From positions 144,983 to 208,982 of the forward strand of contig CBDDCF010000028.1 of the NCBI GenBank assembly GCA_965225995.1: a stretch of 64,000 bases of DNA, in the 5' to 3' direction. Under the pieces are notes generated by a model. The model saw only the letters and a list, made by a program, of their open reading frames with translations. It was not told the DNA's origin and ran no database searches. Source of the stretch: Acidobacteriota bacterium. Lineage in GTDB: Bacteria; Acidobacteriota; UBA6911; RPQK01; CBDDCF01. Both the position numbers and the translations under genes were made by a program. Positions 56,398 to 64,000 of the stretch are shown here, piece by piece; position 1 is the stretch's first letter, and every line of letters begins with the position of its first letter.

Positions 56398-58200
56398 ATG
56401 GACCACTCGCTGATTCGTAATTTCTGCATTATTGCCCATATCGATCATGGCAAATCGACCCTTGCCGATCGCCTTCTGGAAAGTACCGGAGCGATCGAAG
56501 AAAGGGCAATGAAAGCTCAGGTGCTGGACAAGATGGACCTGGAACGGGAGCGTGGCATCACGATCAAAATGGCAGCCGTGCGCATCTTCTACGACGCTCA
56601 CGATGGAGTCACCTACCAGCTCAACCTGATCGATACTCCCGGACATGTGGACTTCACCTACGAAGTGTCCCGAAGTCTGGCCGCCTGCGAAGCTGCAATC
56701 GTTGTAGTCGATGCTGCCCAGGGAGTAGAAGCGCAAACCCTGGCCAACGTCAACCTGGCTATGAGCCATGATCTGGCCCTCCTCCCGGTCATCAACAAGA
56801 TCGATTTGCCAGCGGCCGATCCGGAACGGGTCGCCAGGGAGATCGAAGAGACTCTGGCCATAGACTCCAAGGAATGCCTTCATGCCAGCGCCAAACAGGG
56901 CATCGGGATCGAGGAAATCCTGGAAGCCATAGTGGCTCGGACTCCGCCCCCCGAAGGCAACCCATCCGGTCCGTTGCGCGCCCTGGTCTTCGATTCCCAC
57001 TTTGATCCCTATCTCGGGATCATCGCCTACGTTCGAGTCGTGGATGGTGAACTCCGTGAAGGCCTCAAGATCAAGATGATGGCTTCGGGTCACGTAGCGG
57101 AGGTAGCTGGTGTCGGCGTCTTTGCTCCCGATATGCGGCACACCAAGTCGCTGCGAAGCGGCGAAGTCGGATTCGTGCACGCTGCGATCAAATCGATCGG
57201 GCAGTGCCAGGTGGGCGAAACCATGACCGAAGCGCGACGCCCGGCTTCCCTGCCTTTGCCTGGCTATCGGGCAGTGAAACCGATGGTCTTTTGTGGCTTG
57301 CACCCGGTCGACGGCGAGCAGTTCCCGGAACTGAGAGAAGCGCTCCACCGCCTGCAACTGAACGATGCCGCTCTCTCCTTTGAGCCTGAAACCTCGGCGG
57401 CTCTTGGATTTGGCTTCCGCTGCGGTTTCTTGGGGCTGCTCCACAGCGAGATCATTCAGGAGCGGCTGGAGCGGGAGTTCGGATTACGCCTCGTCGCCAC
57501 CTCTCCCTCAGTCATCTACCGCCTGACCTTGAACGACGGTGCGGTTCACCTGCTCGAGAATCCATCGGATTGGCCCGAGCGGAACCAGATCCAAAAGGTG
57601 GAGGAGCCCTTCGTCAGCTCCACCATCATCACCCCTAGCGACTACGTTGGGGCCTGCATGGAGCTGTGCAATGACAGGCGGGGAACCTTCAAACACATGG
57701 AGTACTCGGGCCCGGAACGAGCCATCCTCCACTACGAACTTCCGCTGGCCGAGATCCTGCTCGATTTCTTTGACACGTTGAAAAGCCGGACCCGTGGCTA
57801 CGCCTCCTTCGACTACGAGTGGGAGGGATACAAAAAGGGTGATCTGATTCGGCTGGATATTCGGATCAATGGCGAGCCCCTCGACGCTCTCTCCTTCATC
57901 AGCCATCGCGACCGCTCTTTCTCTCGCGGGAAAGCGCTAGTCAAACGGTTGCAGGAAATCCTCCCCCGCCAACTCTTTGAAATCCGCATCCAAGCTGCCC
58001 TCGGACAAAAAGTGATCGCCGCCGAGACTGTCCGGGCATTGCGCAAGAACGTCATTGCCAAATGCTACGGCGGCGACATCAGCCGAAAACGCAAGCTACT
58101 CGAGAAACAGAAGGAAGGAAAAAGGAGAATGAAATCTGTCGGGCGGATCGAAATCCCTCAAGAGGCCTTCCTGAGTGTCCTGCGCGTGGGCAATGACTGA
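56398..58200 (+). CDS. lepA: Elongation factor 4 (LepA)
   Basis: GTPase G1 motif AHIDHGKST, the LepA-specific C-terminal domain, and 600 aa. Confidence 0.93.
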   Translation: MDHSLIRNFCIIAHIDHGKSTLADRLLESTGAIEERAMKAQVLDKMDLERERGITIKMAAVRIFYDAHDGVTYQLNLIDTPGHVDFTYEVSRSLAACEAAIVVVDAAQGVEAQTLANVNLAMSHDLALLPVINKIDLPAADPERVAREIEETLAIDSKECLHASAKQGIGIEEILEAIVARTPPPEGNPSGPLRALVFDSHFDPYLGIIAYVRVVDGELREGLKIKMMASGHVAEVAGVGVFAPDMRHTKSLRSGEVGFVHAAIKSIGQCQVGETMTEARRPASLPLPGYRAVKPMVFCGLHPVDGEQFPELREALHRLQLNDAALSFEPETSAALGFGFRCGFLGLLHSEIIQERLEREFGLRLVATSPSVIYRLTLNDGAVHLLENPSDWPERNQIQKVEEPFVSSTIITPSDYVGACMELCNDRRGTFKHMEYSGPERAILHYELPLAEILLDFFDTLKSRTRGYASFDYEWEGYKKGDLIRLDIRINGEPLDALSFISHRDRSFSRGKALVKRLQEILPRQLFEIRIQAALGQKVIAAETVRALRKNVIAKCYGGDISRKRKLLEKQKEGKRRMKSVGRIEIPQEAFLSVLRVGND

Positions 58201-59373
58201 ATCGGGTTCCTTTCCGCTACCTCAACCGACCAGGGCTCTAATCAACAGTCTGCAGGGCCTTTACGTCCATATCCCCTTTTGCGTCCACAAATGCCCGTAC
58301 TGCGACTTTGCCTCAGGTCCTGCGGAAGGGCCGCGACGAAAGCAGTACCTGGACGCTCTGGTTCACGAGATTGAGACCACTGCCTGGAAGAGGGCCGCTC
58401 CCGAAACGGTGTATTTCGGAGGAGGAACTCCTTCTGAGCTCAACACCCAGGAATGGACGGCGATCTTCCATGCACTGCGATCCAGCTTTGATCTGCGCGA
58501 CCTCGTCGAATTCACCGTGGAATGCAATCCCGGAACCCTCAGTGCAAGCAAACTTGCCGCCCTCCGAAATAGCGGGGTCAACCGTCTTAGCCTCGGTGTG
58601 CAATCCTTCAATAACCGCACCTGGCTGAGCTGGGGCGCATCCATGATTCCGGTTGCGCGCGGGATTCGATCCGGCTGGCACTGGAAAAGGGCTTCTCCAA
58701 TCTCAGCCTGGATTTGATGTACGGTTTGCCCGGACAGACGTTGGCCGAATGGAAGGCCGACCTGCAAGAAGCCATCCAGCTAAACCCTCGCCACCTCTCG
58801 CTCTACGCATTAACCCTGGAACCTGGGACGCCTTTCTTTGATCTAAAAGAGCAAAGCAGACTCGCTTCCATGGATCCGGATCTGGCCGCAGACATGTTCG
58901 AGTACTGTATGGACTATTGCTCGTTAAATGACTACCAAAAATATGAATTATCGAGTTATTGCCGAGAGGACTTCCGCTCACGGCACAATCTGCACTATTG
59001 GACCAACTCCAATTACCTGGGGCTTGGGATGAGTGCCGCGTCGCACGTCAACGGTTACCGCTGGGCCAATGCTAGAGACCAGGATCGATACACACATGGC
59101 TGTCTGTCCGGCCAGCCCAGGCTAGAGTACTCGGAATATCTGAGTCCCCGGAAGCGAGCTTCGGAAGAGATCATCCTACGCTTGCGGCTGGATCAGGGAG
59201 CGGATCTGGTGGCCCTGTCCGATTCCTACCATCTTCCGTTGGCGCGAGAATACCGCGCCCAGATCGAAGAGCTCCAACGCCTGGGTCTGATTGAAGCCGA
59301 GGATCGGCGTCTGGTGATGACGCGACGAGGTCGCTTATTGGCTTCCGAAGTGGCTTGTCATTTCTTGGTTTAG
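58175..59373 (+). pseudogene. hemW: Radical-SAM HemW (HemN-like, heme chaperone) with a -1 frameshift near 58612-58616 (a CC/CCC run)
   Basis: CxxxCxxC motif (FCVHKCPYCDF). ORFs 58175..58717 and 58714..59373 are in different frames. Shifting frame at ..aaccgcacctgg.. gives the expected ...NNRHLAELGRIHDSGCARDSIRLALEKGFSNLSLDLMYGLPGQT. It sits in the conserved lepA-hemW arrangement. Confidence 0.8.
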
Positions 59374-59410
59374 GGTTGGGCCGGATGGGCTCGACCGCCG
59401 GTCCAGCCCG

Positions 59411-59485
59411 CATAATTCATAAGGTGTCGAAGCGAAGGGACGCAAGCGCCGTGCTGACAAGGTTTCATTCACTCCCGAGGGCCAG
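59411..59485. repeat. MITE/REP-like repeat core, copy 4, between convergent genes
   Basis: ataattcataaggtgtcgaagcgaagggacgcaagcgccgtgctgacaaggtttcattcactcccgagggcc is about 80% identical to the 1510-1580 core. Confidence 0.45.
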
Positions 59486-59493
59486 CGAGGCTG

Positions 59494-60757
59494 TTATTCT
59501 TGATTAGTAATCTTATAAAGCTGAGTCTGGGTGCGCAGATAAAGCGCCCCCTGAACAAAGGCGGGAGACGCCAGCGTCATTTCATCCAGCCGGTTCACCG
59601 CCAATTCGCGATACTCGGAAGCGCCGGCATCCAACAGGTAAGTATTCCCATCTTCACTGAGCAGGAAGACCTTACCGTCGTAGGCCCAGGGCGAAGAAGA
59701 AAGAGTAATCCCTTCACCCACCCGGGCGCGGTAGAGTTGTTCGCCACTCGCGTTATCAAGGACGGTAAGAAAACCCCGGTCATCGATCGAGAAAACCCGA
59801 TCCTGATAGACCACGGGTGATGGAGTGTAGCCGCTAGCCCGCTTCTGAAACCAATGAATTTCCCTCTTGATCATAACTGATCGCGTGGCCGACACCGATT
59901 GCCACAATCTCGGTTCGCAGGTCATTCCTCCAAACATAGGGAGAAGACCACCCGGAGGTGAAACCGCGCCGCTCTTCGCCTGCCTTGCAACGGATGACCT
60001 CCCACACTTGTTCGCCGGTGCTTTTGTCGAGAGCCTTCAGGTAACACTCTTCATCGTTGTCATTCTGAACATAGAGATGTTCATCGTCCTGGGCGGGAGA
60101 ACTGGCGGTGCCGAAATTCAGGTAGATCTGGCGCGGTTCCAGGGGATGTTCCCAAAGCTGCTCTCCGTCCATGGAGAAGGCGTAGACGCCTACATTGCCC
60201 ACCAGCACATAGACTCTCTCTCCGTCGGTGATCGGAGTCTCCGAGGCAAAGGTATTCTTGCGGTGCCTTCCCCCGGGTACGGGGCCCCGATGAACTTGCT
60301 TCTGCCACACAGTCTCACCATTGCTGGTGTCGAAAGCGGTCAGGAGCCGGGTGACGGGAGCGGAATCGTCTCCGGTTGGTTCCAGGTCACGCTCGAACGT
60401 CTTTTTAGCCGCTTCTTCCATCGACAAGCCTTGGGATTGCAATTCGGCGATGTAATCGTTGCCGAAAATCCCTTTCGACGGTTCCTTGAATTCGCCCTCG
60501 CTGACGGCTGAAGTCACGAAGACGCGGCTGCCCCATACAATCGGAGAAGACCAGCCCCGGCCTGGGACCTCATTCACCCAACCGATGTTCTCGTCTTTGG
60601 ACCAGCTGTTGGGCAAACCGGAAGCCGCGGGAAGACCGCTCCCATCACTGCCTCGAAAGGAAGGCCAGGTTTCCTCCGCCGTGATCGGGCCATCATTGCA
60701 ATTGACTGCGGCAAATGCCGCCAAGAGAGTGAGTATCAGGGCTCGTTTGGAATTCAT
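59494..60757 (-). pseudogene. PQQ-repeat / BamB-like beta-propeller lipoprotein with a frameshift (two ORFs overlap at 59834-59937)
   Basis: N-terminal signal peptide. Repeated ...G.VY..DA.TG..LW... propeller motifs occur in both ORFs (59834..60757 and 59494..59937), which are in different frames. Confidence 0.6.
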
Positions 60758-60775
60758 TCGGGATCTCCGGAGAAG

Positions 60776-60903
60776 CAGGCAAGATACCTGCGCTACTTGG
60801 CAGGCAAGATGCCTGTGCTACTTGGGCAGGCAAGATGCCTGCGCTACTTGGACAGGCAAGATGCCTGCGCTACTTGGCAGGCAAAATGCCTGCGTTACTT
60901 GGT
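60776..60903. repeat. Tandem array of about 5 x 25-26-bp units (caggcaagatgcctgcgctacttgg), each containing a 5-bp-stem hairpin, 19 bp upstream of the beta-propeller gene start
   Basis: Five head-to-tail copies with 1-3 substitutions each and no spacers. Each unit carries caggc-aagat-gcctg. Confidence 0.7.
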
Positions 60904-61006
60904 GGTTCCTCTTTTCAGGCGAACCGCTCCTCCATCTGTTCCAAATTGACGGATGAAACTCTTGCCGAAGGCCTTGGAGTGCGGAGTGCAGCTCCGCCTT
61001 GTGCAC

Positions 61007-62175
61007 TAGCGCACTGTCCGGAAAGTTCCAGATGTTAATTGTCAGGGTAGTTTGCTATTGTTGGGTATGGCAAGACCCCACATTCGACTAAAGCTGCCCG
61101 AACAAGATCGAAGAATACTGGAGTCCTGGTTGCGGGCTTCCAAGACCGATCGAGTCTTGGCCGAACGGGCTCAAATAATTCTGGCTTGCGGCCAGGGGCT
61201 GATGGCGACTGAAGTTGCGGAAAGGCTCTCCAAGCGGCTACTGAGTGTGCAAATGTGGCGCAGGCGCTATCTTGAGCAGGGAGTGTCAGGACTGGAGGAT
61301 CGACCTCGATCGGGCCGTCCGCGGAAGCTATCGCATGCCAATGTGCGAGCTATTCTCAAAGCCACCGTTGAACGCATCCCACGGGAATCGACCTACTGGA
61401 GTGTGCGACTGATGGCCGAACACTCCGGAGTGAGCAAACATCAAGTCGCCCAGATCTGGAAGGCAGCCGACCTGAAGCCGCATCGAGTCCGTAACTTTAA
61501 AATCAGCAACGATCCTCACTTCGCCGAAAAGGTAATCGATGTGGTGGGGCTGTATATGGATCCGCCCGACAATGCGCTGGTTCTATCCGTGGACGAGAAA
61601 ACTGAGATCCAGGCTCTGGATAGAACTCAGCCGATGCTCCAGCTCAGACCTGGACAGATCCAACGCCGGACACACGATTACAAGCGCCACGGTACAGCCA
61701 GTCTGTATGCCGCATTCGATGTGGTGACAGGTGAGGTCATGGGCCGCATCACCAATAGGCACCGAGCCAAGGAGTTCCTGGCTTTTCTCCGCCAGATTGA
61801 TCAAGCGGTCGAGCCCGAACTGGATGTCCACTTAATCCTGGACAACTCGAGCACTCATAAGACCAAGCAGGTTCAAAGCTGGCTGGCCCAGCGGCCCCGA
61901 TACCACCTCCACTTTACGCCCACTAGCGCCTCCTGGCTCAATGCCGTCGAAAGCTGGTTCTCACAGCTGGAGCGCCGTTCGATCTACAGAAACTCTTTCA
62001 GCAGCGTCCAAGAGTTGAGACAGGAAATCAAAAGATATATTCGGGTTCACAATCAACGCTTGGCCAAGCCCTTCAAGTGGCGCGCCACTGCTGACTCAAT
62101 CCTGGCAAAGGCCCAAAATGCTCGCGAATCGCTCGGCCACTATTAACATCGGGAACTTATCGGACAGTGCACTAG
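61007..62175 (+). mobile_element. IS630-family element, copy C, inserted at a TA within a REP-like palindromic repeat
   Basis: TAgcgcactgtccggaaagttccagatgttaat ... attaacatcgggaacttatcggacagtgcacTA. Transposase 61052..62146 (+). Its flanks resemble 43958-44020. Confidence 0.85.
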
Positions 62176-62316
62176 GCGCCTGTCCGAGTAATGGGGCGGA
62201 TTGCGTTATGGGCGCCGATTCTCGGCGCACTCCAAGGCGCCTTCGGCTCAAACCGAATCAAGTTACCTCTTATTACCTCTCTTGGGAATTGGACCCTTGG
62301 CCCCTGGAGATTCCCC

Positions 62317-62748
62317 TCAGACGTCCAAACGCTCGGAATACTCCACTTCTTCCCCGAACTCGATGAACCGCCTCAGTACCCTCAGGTACATCGCCCAACA
62401 ATAGCAGGACGTCTTGTAGTGCTGATTCGCTTCCTGCCATCCTGTGTGCCGGAAGTGCAGCTGAGTGCCATTCTTGATGGCATCCAGGCGAAAACCGATC
62501 CGAGTCGCGAGCCAATCCGAATCGGAATCAGTCATCTCGATCTCGAATACCTGGCCGGGAGCCGCCCGCGTGACCTGTCCCTTCCACAGATAACCCGGGC
62601 CGAAGTCGAGTTCATAGATCTCGTCAGGCTGAGCCACTCCAGAGGAGTTCAGCGTCCACCAACGATCCAGGCCAGTGGGCTGCGAAACTCCGGCGTAGAC
62701 GACTTCTGGAGTGGCCTGGATGGGAAAAGAGTGAAAGATATCTGCCAT
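62317..62748 (-). CDS. SRPBCC superfamily protein (AHSA1/START-like)
   Basis: 143 aa with an N-terminus (DIFHSFPIQATPEVVYAGVSQP) typical of the Aha1-like SRPBCC domain. Confidence 0.6.
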   Translation of the reverse strand: MADIFHSFPIQATPEVVYAGVSQPTGLDRWWTLNSSGVAQPDEIYELDFGPGYLWKGQVTRAAPGQVFEIEMTDSDSDWLATRIGFRLDAIKNGTQLHFRHTGWQEANQHYKTSCYCWAMYLRVLRRFIEFGEEVEYSERLDV

Positions 62749-62953
62749 ATTTTATTCTCCGTGCTGAGTCCTGCAAACCATGCTTAACCCATAGTACTGC
62801 AGTAGGTGGCACCCGGTTGGTACGATCATCTCATCGTCATGAATATGGGTACTGCTCTCTCATGTCCCGTGCCGTGCTCCCAGTACCCGGCCTTGTCCAT
62901 ACCTCGGCTCACGGGCTATCCTTCTTTCGACAGAAGTGAACTACACGGGGAGA

Positions 62954-64000
62954 ATGAGAAGAATTCAATTTGCAGTGGTGCTACTGGCTACTTTCATGGG
63001 CGTTTTGGGAACGGCCGCCGACCCGAATGACGGACCCTATTTGTTCCAGGATCCCACGATCAGTCAAACAGAACTCGTTTTTGCCTTTGCCGGCAACCTG
63101 TGGCGTGTTCCGAGAAGCGGTGGAGACGCCGGGCTGCTGACCACGTCCGCGGGAAATGAACGCCACCCCAAGTTCTCACCCGATGGTCAATGGGTGGCCT
63201 TTACCGGCGATTATGACGGCAATACCGATGTTTATCTGATTCCGCGCCAAGGTGGGATTCCACGACGGCTCACCCACCATCCGGTGCCCGATGAGGTGGT
63301 GGGGTGGAGCCCTGATGGTCGTATTCTCTTTCGCTCCAGTCGCACCAGTTCGAGTCCGATTCCGAAACTGTTTGCGGTGGGGGCGGATGGCGGATTCCCG
63401 GAAGAACTCCCCCTACCCGGCGGAGTCGATATTACGTTCGCCGGCGACGGAAAACGCTTTGCCTACGTGCCGACTGTCCAGTGGCAACCCGGCTGGAAGC
63501 GATACCGGGGGGGACAGACCTCACCGATCTGGATCAGTGACCTGGAAAGCCTGAAAGTGGAAGAGATTCCGCGCCAGAACAGCAACGAATCAGCTCCCAT
63601 GTGGGTGGGTGAATCGATTTATTTCCTCTCAGATCGGAATGGTCCTAAAACGCTGTTTCGCTACGATATTCGTCGCCGGCGGATCGACCAGGTGTTCAAG
63701 AATGACGGTCTCGACCTCAAGGCCGCTTCGGTTGGACCCGGAGCGATCGCCTACGAGCAGTTCGGAAGCCTGTTCCTGTACGACTTGAAGAGGCGCAAGA
63801 GCCAGCCCGTCGACATTCGGTTGGCGGGAGATCTCCCGGAGGTCCGCCCGCACTGGGTGAACGTCAATCGCAGGATCGCAAATGCCGACATCTCCCCCAG
63901 CGGCATGCGAGCTGTCTTCGAGGCGCGCGGTGAGATTCTTACCGTACCGGCCAGCAAAGGAGATATTCGTAATCTGACGAAAACACCTGGCATCAGGGAG
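62954..64000 (+). CDS. Tricorn-protease-like peptidase (N-terminal beta-propeller region), partial, running off the window end
   Basis: Manual translation from ATG 62954 gives MRRIQFAVVLLATFMGVLGTAADPNDGPYLFQDPTISQTELVFAFAGNLWRVPRSGGDAGLLTTSAGNERHPKFSPDGQWVAFTGDYDGNTDVYLIP..., the canonical tricorn N-terminus. It is not in the ORF track because no stop lies in the window. Confidence 0.7.
   Translation, partial: MRRIQFAVVLLATFMGVLGTAADPNDGPYLFQDPTISQTELVFAFAGNLWRVPRSGGDAGLLTTSAGNERHPKFSPDGQWVAFTGDYDGNTDVYLIPRQGGIPRRLTHHPVPDEVVGWSPDGRILFRSSRTSSSPIPKLFAVGADGGFPEELPLPGGVDITFAGDGKRFAYVPTVQWQPGWKRYRGGQTSPIWISDLESLKVEEIPRQNSNESAPMWVGESIYFLSDRNGPKTLFRYDIRRRRIDQVFKNDGLDLKAASVGPGAIAYEQFGSLFLYDLKRRKSQPVDIRLAGDLPEVRPHWVNVNRRIANADISPSGMRAVFEARGEILTVPASKGDIRNLTKTPGIRE

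Noticed and set aside
60776-60903. Possible CRISPR array (five direct repeats of about 25 bp)
   Set aside because: The repeats are directly adjacent with no unique spacers, and no cas genes are nearby. It is a tandem minisatellite.

Overview
High-GC (~60%) bacterial chromosomal segment. The peptidase-rich, TonB-receptor-containing gene content suggests an Acidobacteriota-like soil organism, but that is a low-confidence inference. Conserved housekeeping genes are readable: pckA, lon, trxB, lepA, hemW, trmI, ggt, an aromatic-amino-acid decarboxylase, an MscS channel, TerC, an SSF transporter (left edge) and a tricorn-like protease (right edge). Both edge genes run off the window and are absent from the ORF track. 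The striking feature is an insertion-sequence-dense accessory zone at 18.7-35.4 kb. It holds two near-identical IS21-family copies in direct orientation (istA/istB), and an IS110-family element is nested precisely in the right arm of copy 1. It also holds one of three near-identical IS630-family copies (the other two lie at 51.5 and 61.0 kb), an IS1380-family element whose transposase carries an in-frame TAG, and a third, divergent IS21-family element. The divergent IS21-family element sits in the last codons of lon with a 6-bp target-site duplication. The zone also contains a 3' tRNA-Met-like fragment, a start-less XRE HTH remnant, and several genes broken by frameshifts, nonsense codons or IS insertion (an Lhr-like helicase, a beta-lactamase-like hydrolase, hemW, a PQQ beta-propeller protein). 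A MITE/REP-like intergenic repeat family with terminal inverted repeats recurs at four gene 3' ends, and further REP-like palindromes and a tandem 25-bp repeat array are present. Caveat: the density of frameshifts (one in a CC/CCC run), plus a G10 homopolymer, means some disruptions could be sequencing or assembly errors.
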